NCBI GenBank assembly: GCA_900772835.1 | Contig: CAAGSA010000071.1 | Coordinates: forward strand, 9,566 to 73,565 | Length of the DNA stretch: 64,000 nucleotides | Direction: 5' to 3' | Source of the DNA: an uncultured Prevotella sp. | GTDB lineage: Bacteria > Bacteroidota > Bacteroidia > Bacteroidales > Bacteroidaceae | Part shown: piece by piece, positions 51,084-62,239 of the stretch | How the letters are laid out: each line of letters opens with the position of its first letter | Numbering within the stretch: the first letter of the stretch is position 1 | Position numbers and translations under genes: made by a program | The notes under the pieces: model-generated | What the model was told of the DNA's origin: nothing | What the model saw: only the letters and a program-made list of their open reading frames with translations | Databases searched by the model: none

Positions 51084-51222
51084 CACAGAGCAGTGCATGT
51101 CCCTTCCCTTTTCTGCCCCAAGCAGTGGGGGGAAGGGACTTGCAATAAATGAAGACAACGCCAATTATCAATAATATTTATTACAAAAGAGAAAGAATAA
51201 CTTTAAATTAAAAACACTAACT

Positions 51223-52269
51223 ATGTCAAACAGCAGCAATGGTTCAAGTGCGGCACAGCACAAAAAGAACAAAATCAGCGCATTCTTCGGCAGTGACACC
51301 GGCAAGATGGTGATGCGCGAAACGAGAGACTACTTCAACATCACTCTCGGACTAATGCTATACACGTTCGGCTTCACGGTATTCCTGTTGCCGTACGAAA
51401 TCGTGACGGGAGGCATCGCCGGAATCGGTGCCATCGTGTTCTATGCCACGAAGTTCCCCGTGCAGTGGACCTTCTTCATCATCAATGCCGTGCTCATCGT
51501 GGCGGCACTCAAGGAACTCGGACTGAAGTTCCTGGCAAAGACCATCTATGCCACGCTCGCCGTGACCGTGATGCTCGACCTCGCGCAGAAGATAGTGGAA
51601 ATGCCCGACGGCACCTTCTATAAGCTCATGGGCGAGGGCAACGACTTCATGTCGCTCATCATAGGATGTATGCTCACGGGTACGGCACTCGCCGTGGTGT
51701 TCCTCAGCAACGGAAGCACCGGCGGTACGGACATCATCGCAGCCGTGGTGAACAAGTATTACAACGTGTCGCTCGGCAAGGGACTCATCATGGTAGACCT
51801 CGTAATCATCGGCAGCTGTCTTGCTATCGACAGCTTCGGAACTTTCCCGGAGCGCAGCCAGAAGGTGGTGTTCGGTCTGTGCACGATGTTCATAGAATGT
51901 AACATGCTCGACTTCGTGATGAACTGGCAACGACAATCCGTGCAGTTCATGATATTCTCCAAACACCATCAGGAAATAGCCAACGCCATCGCCAAGCAGA
52001 CAGACCACACGATGACCATACTCGACGGCCACGGATGGTTCTCGGGCAACCCAATGAAGGTGATCTGCCTCATGGCAAAGAAGGCGGAAAGCCCCATCAT
52101 CTTCCGTATCATCAAGTCGATAGACCCCACGGCATTCGTGAGCCAGAGCAGTGTGCAGGGCGTGTTCGGCGAGGGATTTGACCCGATAAAAGTGACCGGG
52201 AAGAACAAGAAAAAGGCTTTAGAGGAAGAAAAAAACAAAGAAAAGCAAGAGGCAGGAGAAAAGGCCTGA
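51223..52269 (+). CDS. YitT family membrane protein
   Basis: [17 protein letters not shown]-terminal G.GWFS and IDP.AFV...V.GEGF. Confidence 0.87.
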   Translation: MSNSSNGSSAAQHKKNKISAFFGSDTGKMVMRETRDYFNITLGLMLYTFGFTVFLLPYEIVTGGIAGIGAIVFYATKFPVQWTFFIINAVLIVAALKELGLKFLAKTIYATLAVTVMLDLAQKIVEMPDGTFYKLMGEGNDFMSLIIGCMLTGTALAVVFLSNGSTGGTDIIAAVVNKYYNVSLGKGLIMVDLVIIGSCLAIDSFGTFPERSQKVVFGLCTMFIECNMLDFVMNWQRQSVQFMIFSKHHQEIANAIAKQTDHTMTILDGHGWFSGNPMKVICLMAKKAESPIIFRIIKSIDPTAFVSQSSVQGVFGEGFDPIKVTGKNKKKALEEEKNKEKQEAGEKA

Positions 52270-52324
52270 CACCGCTGACAGGCATTGGCGCACATTCTGC
52301 TGCTTTCTACCCAAAGAACAAACA

Positions 52325-52942
52325 ATGAAAATAGTTTTCGCAACAAACAACAAGAACAAACTCACCGAGATAAAGGAAATTCTCGCCGAGAATTTTGAAG
52401 TACTGTCGCTCAGCGACATAAACTGCCATGTGGACATACCGGAAACGGGAACCACACTCGAAGAAAACGCCAGAATCAAGGCAGAATACATCTACTCGCA
52501 TTACGGCATCAGCGTTTTCGCCGACGACACCGGACTGGAGGTGGAGGCACTGGGCGGAGCACCCGGAGTGTATTCGGCACGCTACGCCGGAGGCGAAGGC
52601 CACGACAGCGAGGCGAACATGCGCAAGCTGCTGCATGAACTCGAAGGGAAAGACAACCGCAAGGCACGCTTCCGCACGGCAATAGCACTCATACTGGCAG
52701 AACAGCAGACTGACGGTGCAACGGAAACGCCGCGCACGGAAATATTCGAAGGAACAGTGGAAGGCGAGATAACAAAGGAAAAGAGGGGAGAGGCAGGCTT
52801 CGGCTACGACCCCATATTCCAGCCCGAAGGCTACGACCGCACGTTCGCCGAACTCGGAAACGAGGTGAAGAACAGCATATCGCACAGGGCAAGGGCAACG
52901 AAGAAGCTCGTGGAATATCTCTGCGGCAGAATCACGCAATAA
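52325..52942 (+). CDS. rdgB: Non-canonical purine NTP pyrophosphatase (RdgB/HAM1)
   Basis: [36 protein letters not shown]. Confidence 0.93.
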   Translation: MKIVFATNNKNKLTEIKEILAENFEVLSLSDINCHVDIPETGTTLEENARIKAEYIYSHYGISVFADDTGLEVEALGGAPGVYSARYAGGEGHDSEANMRKLLHELEGKDNRKARFRTAIALILAEQQTDGATETPRTEIFEGTVEGEITKEKRGEAGFGYDPIFQPEGYDRTFAELGNEVKNSISHRARATKKLVEYLCGRITQ

Positions 52943-53105
52943 GAGAACAGGCACGGCAGAGCCGCACGGACAGCAGAAGAAAAGACCGGCACACGGTGCC
53001 GGCAAACAATAAAACTGGAAGACGGCAATATTTTTGCCCTCTTTCAGTTATATTAGTATATAGAGGCAGACTCGTGAACTTGTATTCATAAACAACAATA
53101 CGTAT

Positions 53106-55226
53106 ATGGGCAGAAAGCTTAACACAATGATAATACTTGCTGCGGCAGTGGCAATGAACGCCGGAGCTGCAACCTTCGGCAACTGGAAGAACTATCCGGT
53201 ATATGCAGAAATAACCGACATAGAACCGGCTGGCAAAATGGTGTACGTGCTCAGCTCCGGGGCATTGTTCTCGTATAACAACAGCGACGGGAGCGTGACA
53301 ACGTACGACAAGGTTTATCCGCTGAGCGACTGCAACATATCGATGATTGCATGGAACGGAAGCGTGAAAAGACTGATTGCCGTATACGAGAACGGAAACA
53401 TCGACCTGCTCGACAACAACGGCAACGCAACGAACATAGCCGACTACTACAGCAAGACGATGACCGTGGACAAAACCGTGAACAACGTGGTGATAAACGG
53501 GAAAACAGCCTATCTGTGTACAGCATTCGGAATGGTGCAAGTGGATATGGAAAGGGCCCTGCTTATGGACACGTACAACATAGGGAAGAACGTGGGCAAC
53601 TGCACAGTGAAGGGGACAGACATATACGCACAGACAGACAAGGGCGTATACAAGGGCAACATGAAGGAAAACCTGATCAACCCCGCCAACTGGAAAAAGA
53701 CGGACGAGAGCGTGGACTTCAGCCATCCGAACGACATAAGCCAGGACACAGGCGAAGGATACACACGCCGCTATACATACGACAAGACGAACAAATGCTA
53801 CTGGACAAGCCAGAGCGACAACAAGCTGCAGGCATACACCATTGCCGACGACGGCTCAAGAACAATACTGAAGCAGGATATAGCGCCGGACGCACCGGTA
53901 TACCAAATGTTCGGATACATGACCGTGAGCAACGGAAAGCTGTACACCTGCAATGGAGGAGAATGGAGCCAGGACAAAACGGCGTCGATACAAGTGTACG
54001 ACCCGGGAGAGAAATCATGGACTGTGTACGAGAACGAGGGAGTAGGAGAGAAATACGGACTGAAATACAGAGACATACTGTGTCTTGCCGTTGACCCCAC
54101 AGACGACAGTCATGTGTGGGCAGGAGCACAGACGGGACTGTATGAATTCAGAAATGGAAAGGTGGTGAACCACTTCGGACACAACAACAGTCCGATAACG
54201 GGCATCGCCGGCATCAGCAACCCCGACAACTACCAGCTCGTGACATCGCTTGCATACGACAGCGGCAACAACCTGTGGGTGTCGAACTCGGGAGCTGCCG
54301 GCAAGACAATGCTCGTATACACCGCCGAAAGCAAATGGGCGGCACCGGAAAAGCAGTTTCCGGCAGCGCAGGCGGTAAACTCGAAGATAATGATAGACCG
54401 CAGCGGGCGTATATGGATAGCAAGCGGACGATACACACCTGCCGACAACGGAGTGTTCTGCTATTCAGCCGACCGCACACAGACATACTCATACACAAAC
54501 TTCACAAACGAGGACGGAACGAAAATAGGAACGATGGAGTTTCTGAGACAGGTGGTGGAAGACAAGGAGGGAAACATCTGGGTGGCAACGAGTGCCGGAC
54601 TGCTTGTGCTCACCGATGAATACCAGCGCGACCCGTCGCTCGGATTCTACCAGATAAAAGTGCCGAGAAACGACGGAACCAACTTTGCAGACTATCTGCT
54701 AGGCTCAGCCGACATAACGTCGATTGCCGTGGACAACGCCAACCGCAAATGGATAGGAACGAAGGGAGACGGATTATACGTGATAAGTTCCGACAATATG
54801 GTGCAGGAGGCACATTTCAAGGCAGACGACAGCTGCCTGCTGTCGGACGCAGTGGAATATGTAACTATCGACCATAACTCCGGAACCGTGTATATAGCCA
54901 CCGCCAACGGACTGTGCTCCGTGGAGAGCAACGCCACACAGACCTTCGATACGATAGAGAAGGACAACGTGTGGGCATACCCGAACCCCGTGAAGCCAGA
55001 CTATACGGGAGTGATAACAGTAGTAGGACTGTCGTTCAACGCCGACGTGAAGATTACCACTACAAACGGAACACTCGTGGCACAGGGCAGGAGCACGGGA
55101 GGCTCGTTCCAGTGGGACGGCAGAGACCTAAAGGGAAAACGTGTGGCAAGCGGAATATATATGGTGAACGCTGCAACGGAGAGCGGAGAGAGCGGAACGG
55201 TGTGCAAGATAGCAATAATAAACTGA
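53106..55226 (+). CDS. porZ: T9SS component PorZ
   Basis: Signal peptide, beta-propeller repeats, IKVPRNDGT..ADYLL, IAVDNANRKWIGT, YPNPV.PDY CTD. Confidence 0.85.
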   Translation: MGRKLNTMIILAAAVAMNAGAATFGNWKNYPVYAEITDIEPAGKMVYVLSSGALFSYNNSDGSVTTYDKVYPLSDCNISMIAWNGSVKRLIAVYENGNIDLLDNNGNATNIADYYSKTMTVDKTVNNVVINGKTAYLCTAFGMVQVDMERALLMDTYNIGKNVGNCTVKGTDIYAQTDKGVYKGNMKENLINPANWKKTDESVDFSHPNDISQDTGEGYTRRYTYDKTNKCYWTSQSDNKLQAYTIADDGSRTILKQDIAPDAPVYQMFGYMTVSNGKLYTCNGGEWSQDKTASIQVYDPGEKSWTVYENEGVGEKYGLKYRDILCLAVDPTDDSHVWAGAQTGLYEFRNGKVVNHFGHNNSPITGIAGISNPDNYQLVTSLAYDSGNNLWVSNSGAAGKTMLVYTAESKWAAPEKQFPAAQAVNSKIMIDRSGRIWIASGRYTPADNGVFCYSADRTQTYSYTNFTNEDGTKIGTMEFLRQVVEDKEGNIWVATSAGLLVLTDEYQRDPSLGFYQIKVPRNDGTNFADYLLGSADITSIAVDNANRKWIGTKGDGLYVISSDNMVQEAHFKADDSCLLSDAVEYVTIDHNSGTVYIATANGLCSVESNATQTFDTIEKDNVWAYPNPVKPDYTGVITVVGLSFNADVKITTTNGTLVAQGRSTGGSFQWDGRDLKGKRVASGIYMVNAATESGESGTVCKIAIIN

Positions 55227-55269
55227 TGCGGCACCGACTGGCACATAATGATAAACAAAACAGAAAACA

Positions 55270-56790
55270 ATGAATACATCACAGCCTTTTGCCCGGAACA
55301 TACACCGCATAATACTCGTGGCGGTGCTCGTAGCGATAGTTGCCTGCAACTACTTCGGTGAGTATTGCGCACACTGCGACGGATACGGGTGGGACGGCTC
55401 GGTATACTACAAGGACATTATAATAAACGGGTGGAGCCAATACATCTCGGGCAGCATAAGCGAATACCATACCCACCGCATGCTGCCATTCCTCATCACG
55501 CACTGCGCGATGAAAGCATTGTCGCTCCCGTTCCTGCCAACCAACGTGATGCTTGTGAGTAGTATCATAAACACGGTGCTCCTCTGTATTGCCGTATGGT
55601 GCTTCTTCGGGATGTCGCGGACGATGAAATGGAGTTGGAAAACGGAAACGCTCGTCTTCGCATTCGCCTTCTTCAACTTCCACGTGCTGAAGTTCATGGG
55701 CTACTGTCCGGTGATGACGGATATGCCTGCATTCACACTCAGCATGGCGCTTGCCTATTGTTTCATAAGGAGGAACAGACGGGGAATGATTCTCGTTGGG
55801 CTGGCTGGCATACTGGTATTCCCCATTCTTTCGCTCATGGCACTGTTGCTCGTGTGTCTTCCAGACAAGCCTGTGGATGGCTATGTTCCAGACGGGGCAG
55901 GCAAGGCGAACAGAATATTGAATCTCGCGATGCGTGCCGCCGTAATCCTTTGGCTGCCGCTGGCTTTCGGGGCATACATATTCTTCCGTCTTTATGTTAG
56001 GGGAGTGGATGACTTCCATTCGGTATTCATAGCGCGATATCCGCAGAGCGAGTGGATTGCAGTGGCAGGCATCGCGGCATACATCATATTCTATTTCTTT
56101 GCGACAATGCCGCTGCGTGCCGATGTGGTGGCTATGCTGAAGTCGCTGTGCAGCCGCAGGCGTATGTCGAGGCTCGTATTGTGGTTGGCGGCATTCTGGG
56201 TGGTATACACGCTGCCCACGGTATACGGCTTCAAGGGCAAGTTCTCGCTTGTGAACGAGCTGGCACAGATATGTCAGTTCCCGGCAACCGATGTGCTGAT
56301 ATTCATCGAGACGCATTTCGTTTATCTCGGCGTAGGTTTCCTTTTCATCCTTATGTTCTGGCGGCAGATATGCCGCGAGGCACGGAAATACGGGATGGGG
56401 GCATGGCTCATACTGCTGCTCTCGCTTGTGTTCCTTTCCGACATAGAGACACGCAAGGTGATATGCTTCTACATATTCCTGCTGCCTATGGTAGGGACGG
56501 CGGTGGAAGAAAGAGACCTGCCTGTATACTGGATTGTCGTGCTCGTGGCATTGCAGCTCATGTCCTCAGCCTTCTATTTCACCATAAACACCGACGGCAT
56601 AGCAGAAGTATTCGCTACATACAGCAACGAAGTGTATATGCAGATGCCGGCACAAAGATACTATATGTTCCAGGGACCGTGGCAGTCGCACGCCATATAC
56701 CGGCAGTTCATATTGGTTGAGGCAGTGCTGCTCGTAGTGATGTACGGCTGTATATACAAAAAAGGAAAACAAAAGAACAGTAAAGTATGA
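55270..56790 (+). CDS. Polytopic membrane protein, possible GT-C fold
   Basis: Many TM segments; acidic GWDG..Y motif after TM1; PVMTD. Confidence 0.6.
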   Translation: MNTSQPFARNIHRIILVAVLVAIVACNYFGEYCAHCDGYGWDGSVYYKDIIINGWSQYISGSISEYHTHRMLPFLITHCAMKALSLPFLPTNVMLVSSIINTVLLCIAVWCFFGMSRTMKWSWKTETLVFAFAFFNFHVLKFMGYCPVMTDMPAFTLSMALAYCFIRRNRRGMILVGLAGILVFPILSLMALLLVCLPDKPVDGYVPDGAGKANRILNLAMRAAVILWLPLAFGAYIFFRLYVRGVDDFHSVFIARYPQSEWIAVAGIAAYIIFYFFATMPLRADVVAMLKSLCSRRRMSRLVLWLAAFWVVYTLPTVYGFKGKFSLVNELAQICQFPATDVLIFIETHFVYLGVGFLFILMFWRQICREARKYGMGAWLILLLSLVFLSDIETRKVICFYIFLLPMVGTAVEERDLPVYWIVVLVALQLMSSAFYFTINTDGIAEVFATYSNEVYMQMPAQRYYMFQGPWQSHAIYRQFILVEAVLLVVMYGCIYKKGKQKNSKV

Positions 56791-58085
56791 ATATAATAAA
56801 GAGACTATTCATAACGGCTGTCCTGCTCGCGGCACTGTTCACGCTGTTCACTATAGCCGTGTTCTGCATTCCAACCTCTGCCGTGAGGGAGAATGTGGAG
56901 AAGTCTGCCGTGCAGATAGAGCGCGACGGATTGTGGTACAAGCCCTTCGGATTCTATCTCTTCCAGATAGACAACATGACCGACTGTCTGATGCTGCGCA
57001 TCAATGCCACGGCGGATTCAGACCGTCCGGTGCGAGCGGCGATGATGGCAGAGCAGTACGACAGCGTTGGCGATTCGCTGCATCCATACAACACGGTGGT
57101 AAGTTCAACGAAGACGATAGCAAAGACGGGACGGAAAGAAGGATATGAATACGTGGACTATGCGCGCTACTGGCACGGCTACCAGGTGCTGCTGCGCCCG
57201 ATGCTCACTGTGTTCAGCTATCACAGCATACTGACAATAAACTATATATGCTTGATGCTGCTGGCGCTCGCGGTGTGTCTGGCGGCATACAGGAGGATTG
57301 GTGCGGTGTTTGCACTGACGCTTGCGGCAAGTCTTGTGCTCACTAATTTCTTTATCGTGCCACTTGCCCTGCAGTTCAGCACCTGCTACTATATAGCTTT
57401 CGCGGCGATGGCATTCATCCTGTGCAGACCGCGGTTTGCCGACGGCGACGGATGCCGCTGTGACGAGATGTTCTTCATAACTGGAGCCGTGACGGCATAT
57501 ATGGATTTTCTGACCACACCGGTACTCACGCTCGGAATGCCGCTCGTGACGCTTCTTGCGATGAGGGCAAGGAGGAATGCATACAGATACCAGCCGGCAA
57601 CATGCCGCCCGATGTATACAACGGTGGCGGCAAGTGTTTCGTGGTTTGCCGGCTACGCCCTGCTGTGGGCAGCAAAATGGGCAATTGCATGGGTGCTCAC
57701 TGGCGAGAATGTGTTCGGTTCGGCAATAGGCAACGCCAGGCTGCGCATAGGCAACACTATAGTGTATGGCGGCAGGGAAATATTGCTTACCGACTTCGTG
57801 CAGGGGATAATGGAAACGGTGTGCAGCAGAATAAGCGTGTGGGGAATGGTTGCCGCAATGATGCTGACGGCAGCTGCCACCATATTATATATATATAAAC
57901 ACAAGCAGAAAACAAGGCAATACGGATGGCTGCTGGTTGTGGCTGCCATGCCGGTTGCGTGGTTTGCAGTGATGAAGAATCATTCGCTGCAGCATATATT
58001 CTTCACATGGAGAGATTTCCTGCTCTCCGTGTGGTGCGTGATTCTATACTTATGTCTGACACTCAGAAAAACAAAAGCAATATGA
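56787..58085 (+). CDS. Polytopic membrane protein, possible GT-C fold
   Basis: DNMTD, YARYWHGY, DFLTTP, NHS.QH.FFTWR; ATGA-coupled to both neighbours. Confidence 0.6.
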   Translation: MNIIKRLFITAVLLAALFTLFTIAVFCIPTSAVRENVEKSAVQIERDGLWYKPFGFYLFQIDNMTDCLMLRINATADSDRPVRAAMMAEQYDSVGDSLHPYNTVVSSTKTIAKTGRKEGYEYVDYARYWHGYQVLLRPMLTVFSYHSILTINYICLMLLALAVCLAAYRRIGAVFALTLAASLVLTNFFIVPLALQFSTCYYIAFAAMAFILCRPRFADGDGCRCDEMFFITGAVTAYMDFLTTPVLTLGMPLVTLLAMRARRNAYRYQPATCRPMYTTVAASVSWFAGYALLWAAKWAIAWVLTGENVFGSAIGNARLRIGNTIVYGGREILLTDFVQGIMETVCSRISVWGMVAAMMLTAAATILYIYKHKQKTRQYGWLLVVAAMPVAWFAVMKNHSLQHIFFTWRDFLLSVWCVILYLCLTLRKTKAI

Positions 58086-58987
58086 AAACAGCCGTTCTGA
58101 TACCTTGCTACAACGAGGCAACAACAATAGAGAAGGTGGTGAAAGATTTCAAAGAGCAGTTGCCAGGCGCTGCCATATACGTGTATGACAATAACTCCAC
58201 CGACGGCACGGCAGAGATAGCCGAGCGTGCAGGAGCCGTGGTGAAACGCGAATACCGTCAGGGAAAAGGCAATGTGGTGAGGAGTATGCTGCGCGACATT
58301 GATGCCGACTGCTACCTGATGGTGGATGGCGACGATACATACCCGGCAGAGAACGCACGGGAGATGTGCCGACTCGTGGAGGAGGGAGCCGACATGGTGA
58401 TTGGCGACCGGCTTTCATCTACTTATTTCACTGAGAACAAGCGCCCGTTCCATAACGAGGGGAACCGTCTTGTGCGCTTCCTCATCAACAGCATCTTCAG
58501 CAGCAATATACACGACATAATGACGGGCTATCGTGCGCTGAGCCGCACCTTCGCGAAGAATTTCCCTATCATATCGCGCAACTTCGAGATTGAGACGGAA
58601 ATGACAATCCATGCCCTCGACAAGAATTTCCTTATCCGTGAGGTGAAGATAAACTATCGCGACAGGCAGGAGGGCAGCCATTCAAAGCTCAACACCTATC
58701 TCGACGGAATGAAGGTAGTGGGCACGGTGTTTATGATGTTCCGCGACTATCGTCCGCTGAAGTTTTTCAGCATTGTCAGTGCACTGCTGCTGCTGATAGC
58801 CGTGGCAATGTTCATTCCCGTGTTCATCGAGTATATGCAGACGGGACTTGTGCCGCGCTTCCCCACACTCATCGTAAGCGGATTCATAGGTATCGCATCG
58901 CTGCTCACGTTCTTCTGTGGCGTGGTGCTCGAGGTTATGACAAAGAAGCACAGACAACTGTATGAACTGATGTTGCTGAAAAACTGA
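58082..58987 (+). CDS. GT2 polyprenol-phosphate glycosyltransferase (GtrB/DPM1-like)
   Basis: LIPCYNE, YDNNSTD, VDGDDTY, DIMTGYR, FEIETE, two C-terminal TM helices; ATG at 58082. Confidence 0.87.
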   Translation: MKTAVLIPCYNEATTIEKVVKDFKEQLPGAAIYVYDNNSTDGTAEIAERAGAVVKREYRQGKGNVVRSMLRDIDADCYLMVDGDDTYPAENAREMCRLVEEGADMVIGDRLSSTYFTENKRPFHNEGNRLVRFLINSIFSSNIHDIMTGYRALSRTFAKNFPIISRNFEIETEMTIHALDKNFLIREVKINYRDRQEGSHSKLNTYLDGMKVVGTVFMMFRDYRPLKFFSIVSALLLLIAVAMFIPVFIEYMQTGLVPRFPTLIVSGFIGIASLLTFFCGVVLEVMTKKHRQLYELMLLKN

Positions 58988-59002
58988 AAACCATATACAG
59001 GA

Positions 59003-60046
59003 ATGGAAAGAAAATTATGGATTGACAATCTGCGTGGGCTGTGTATGCTCGCAATCCTGCTTGACCATACGGAGATATACTATACGGGCGAGAATGTGGT
59101 TGACTACAATCTCTATGTTGTCAACGCCCTTGTCGTGTTTTTCTTCATCTCGGGTTATCTTATGTTCCGGAGTCAGGCATCGGGCAAGGTGGCAGACTTC
59201 GACCTCAGGCATAAGGTAGGCGCCGTGATGAGGACGCTCGTCGTGCCTTATCTCATTTTCACCACCATTATATATGTACCCAAGACGCTGGTACACGGCG
59301 GAGCATTCTGCATATCCGATATGGCTGCCGACATTCTTGGCGGTCAGGCATCGTGGTTCATCGCCGCACTGTGTGTGGCGGAACTCGTGTTTGCTGTTGT
59401 CATAAAGCTGTCAAAGGGAAACTGCCTCTGTCTGTGGGCAACGTCTGTTGCTGGGTTTCTGGCATCCATATATCTTTCGCAGGAAGGCAAGGCATATTTG
59501 TGGCAGTTCGACAACGCTATGCAGGCGTTGCTCTTCCTTTGTGCTGGTTATTCCTATCATAAGTATGAACGGCTGCTCGACAGATTCAACAGACTGGCAG
59601 TGAATATTCTGTTGGCTGTGCTGCTCGTCGTACTGAAGATATACGGGCAAGCCAATGGCATCGACTTGCTTGTGTGGCACATACACATCACCGACTATAC
59701 CGTCTTCCTGCTCGACATAAGCGTATGCACTCTGCTTGCCGTGCAGATGTTCAAGCAGTTGTCATTATTGACTTTCAAGCTGTTGCCATCGAATGGATCC
59801 AAGCAGTTGCTGTCGCATGGTTTGCTCTGCTGGACGGGCAGGCACACTATTGTATATTATTTCCTTTGCGGAGGAGTGCCGCTCATTGTGAGCAAGGTGC
59901 TTGTGCGCATAGGAATGCCCTACTCGGGCAACTATCTTTATGTTGTGCTCGCCTTCGCATTGGTATACGTCTTTACAACAGCGCTCACTTATATCGTATA
60001 CCGCTATCTGCCGTTTACGGTGGGAAAATGGCAGCGGCGCGTTTAA
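59003..60046 (+). CDS. Acyltransferase-3 family membrane O-acyltransferase
   Basis: WIDNLRG...LLDH, FFFISGY, LVVPY, WFI..L. Confidence 0.85.
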   Translation: MERKLWIDNLRGLCMLAILLDHTEIYYTGENVVDYNLYVVNALVVFFFISGYLMFRSQASGKVADFDLRHKVGAVMRTLVVPYLIFTTIIYVPKTLVHGGAFCISDMAADILGGQASWFIAALCVAELVFAVVIKLSKGNCLCLWATSVAGFLASIYLSQEGKAYLWQFDNAMQALLFLCAGYSYHKYERLLDRFNRLAVNILLAVLLVVLKIYGQANGIDLLVWHIHITDYTVFLLDISVCTLLAVQMFKQLSLLTFKLLPSNGSKQLLSHGLLCWTGRHTIVYYFLCGGVPLIVSKVLVRIGMPYSGNYLYVVLAFALVYVFTTALTYIVYRYLPFTVGKWQRRV

Positions 60047-60106
60047 GGGCGCGCATTCCACACACACAATATTGCAGTTGGCAAGAACAAATACAACGTA
60101 CAGCAG

Positions 60107-61189
60107 ATGAACAGCCTATCTACAGAGCGAATACCGATGGCAGACTGGGTGAAGGCAATCGCCATATACCTCGTTGTAATGAGCCATACAGCCATAGCGC
60201 GCCCAGTGGCAAACTGGGCTTTTATGGTTGAGATTCCGCTTTTCTTCTTCATGTCGGGCTATCTGTTCCGCTTCGACAGAAACCCCTCGTTCGGTGATTT
60301 TGCAAAGAAACGCTTCCGGCAGATAATGGTACCGTATGTCACGATAAACATCGTCACATATATGTTCTGGCTGCTTGTAGCAAGACATTTCGGGGCAGAC
60401 AGCAATGCTGCCGTACCATTGTGGCAACCGTTGCTCGGAGTGCTGCTTGCCGACAGCACGCTTATGACACACAACGCCACAATGTATTTCTTCACCACGC
60501 TGTTCAACATAGAAATTCTCTTCTATCTGCTTTTCAGGGGGAGGAAAATCGCTGCACGGGCGTTTCTCACTCTTGTGTTCGTCGTGCTCGGCGGCATCGA
60601 CTATTATCTTAATCCCGCAGCGCTCCCCTTTTCTGTCAGTCATACGCTAACGGGCATAGTGTTCTATTCCATCGGTTATGAGACACGCAACTCCAGAGTT
60701 TTCAGCACGTTTATGAACAACCGTTCGGCGAGGGCTGAATCGGCAAAGCTCATTCTTGCAGGCGTACTTTTTGTAGTGAGCCTGCTGCTGTTCAGCGTGA
60801 CCGGTGCTGTGAATCTGCAGAGGAGGGCATATTCCGTATATCCGCTGTATTTCATCGAAACCGCCGTGGCGATATACTCTATCCTCATGCTTTTCTCCAT
60901 ACCTTCTGTCGTGCCGCGCATCATAAGGCAGGTATCGGCGAACACCCTTTGGCTATGCGGCTATCATCTGCTTGTATTCACTCTTTTAAAGGGAGTGCTC
61001 GTGTATATAATGGGCGTAGACCTCGGCAAGCTGGATGGTGCGCTCCTCCCGAACGTGCTGTTCTCGTTGGCTGCATTGCTCTTTTGCCTTTGTGCCACAA
61101 TAATCATACGGAGATACTGGAGAAGAAACAGAAGAACAGAAGAAAAAGTTAAACCTGTAAAAGAAAACGACAATAAATATGAGCAATGA
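60107..61189 (+). CDS. Acyltransferase-3 family membrane O-acyltransferase
   Basis: R..MADWVKA...VVMSH, PLFFFMSGY, KRFRQIMVPY. Confidence 0.85.
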   Translation: MNSLSTERIPMADWVKAIAIYLVVMSHTAIARPVANWAFMVEIPLFFFMSGYLFRFDRNPSFGDFAKKRFRQIMVPYVTINIVTYMFWLLVARHFGADSNAAVPLWQPLLGVLLADSTLMTHNATMYFFTTLFNIEILFYLLFRGRKIAARAFLTLVFVVLGGIDYYLNPAALPFSVSHTLTGIVFYSIGYETRNSRVFSTFMNNRSARAESAKLILAGVLFVVSLLLFSVTGAVNLQRRAYSVYPLYFIETAVAIYSILMLFSIPSVVPRIIRQVSANTLWLCGYHLLVFTLLKGVLVYIMGVDLGKLDGALLPNVLFSLAALLFCLCATIIIRRYWRRNRRTEEKVKPVKENDNKYEQ

Positions 61190-62144
61190 ACTGATAAGCA
61201 AGCACCGCACGGCAATAATGGGACTGTCCATTATATGGATAATGCTCTACCATTTCAGAGGGCACGAAGCCGACACATACTTTCAGTCTTTTCTTGCCAC
61301 AGGTATGGGAGGAGTGGATTTCTTTTTCTTCCTTTCCGGTTACGGACTGACTTATAGTTATTTTGACCGTCTGCCGCAGACGGTTTCCGCGTTCGGTTTC
61401 TATAAAAAACGCTTGCATAGAATCCTGCCTGCCTATATTTCAGTCATCATAATATGCAATGCAGCAAGCGGCGGAAGCATTGCTGAAACACTGTGGAGCC
61501 TTTCGTGTATAAGCTTCTGGATAAGAAAACCATACTACGACTGGTACATTCCTTCGCTGCTGCTCTTCTATGCCGTATTTCCTCTGTTCATCGGGCTGGC
61601 AAGAAAAACTTCGATAAAGAAGTCGTCAGCCCTTTTCATAGCAGTCGGGCTGGTGTTCACGGCAATCCTTGTAGCTATGTGGAAGGGAGACGCTTATATG
61701 CTGTTCTTTTCCAGGATACCCGTGTTTTTCGTAGGCTGTATGTGGGGATATATGCTGCTCAAAGGGAAGCGTCTTTCTTCCACGTGCAAGTGGGCATTGG
61801 TAGTGCTCTCATTGGCAGCTATTGCGGCGGAGTGTTGGCTGACGGTGCGTTTTGACAGCGTATTCTTGAACAAGATTTCCTTGGGCCATTTATTGTTTAC
61901 TGCCATTTGTCCGGGGGCATGCCTTGTGCTTTCCGGTGTTTTTGAATACCTTGGCAGTAACAGACTGTTGGGTGTTGTCAACACCGTATTATGTTTCATA
62001 GGAAGCATTTCTTTGGAGGTTTATCTCTGCCATCTTTCGCTTGTAAAGGAGCCTATGTATGTATACTTGCCGCTTGCCGTCCTCTGTGGATATGTGTTGA
62101 ACAGGGTTATAAGAGCAGCGGAACGGAGGTTGGCAGTAGGGTGA
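61179..62144 (+). CDS. Acyltransferase-3 family membrane O-acyltransferase
   Basis: IMLYH, GVDFFFFLSG, FYKKRLHRILP, WYI, SLEVYLCH. Confidence 0.85.
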   Translation: MSNELISKHRTAIMGLSIIWIMLYHFRGHEADTYFQSFLATGMGGVDFFFFLSGYGLTYSYFDRLPQTVSAFGFYKKRLHRILPAYISVIIICNAASGGSIAETLWSLSCISFWIRKPYYDWYIPSLLLFYAVFPLFIGLARKTSIKKSSALFIAVGLVFTAILVAMWKGDAYMLFFSRIPVFFVGCMWGYMLLKGKRLSSTCKWALVVLSLAAIAAECWLTVRFDSVFLNKISLGHLLFTAICPGACLVLSGVFEYLGSNRLLGVVNTVLCFIGSISLEVYLCHLSLVKEPMYVYLPLAVLCGYVLNRVIRAAERRLAVG

Positions 62145-62165
62145 TTTCTTTGCAAATAAAAACGA

Positions 62166-62202
62166 AAAGCCCGGCATATCATGATGCGATATGCCGGGCT
62201 TT
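62166..62202. terminator. Bidirectional terminator between convergent genes
   Basis: 15-bp stem aaagcccggcatatc/gatatgccgggcttt. Confidence 0.8.
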
Positions 62203-62239
62203 GTTAATGTTTATCCGTTTTCAGTATCGTCGGCAGGGA

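Noticed and set aside
51094..51144. Terminator after leuS
   Set aside because: Hairpin present but no U-tract; more likely an intra-operon stability hairpin
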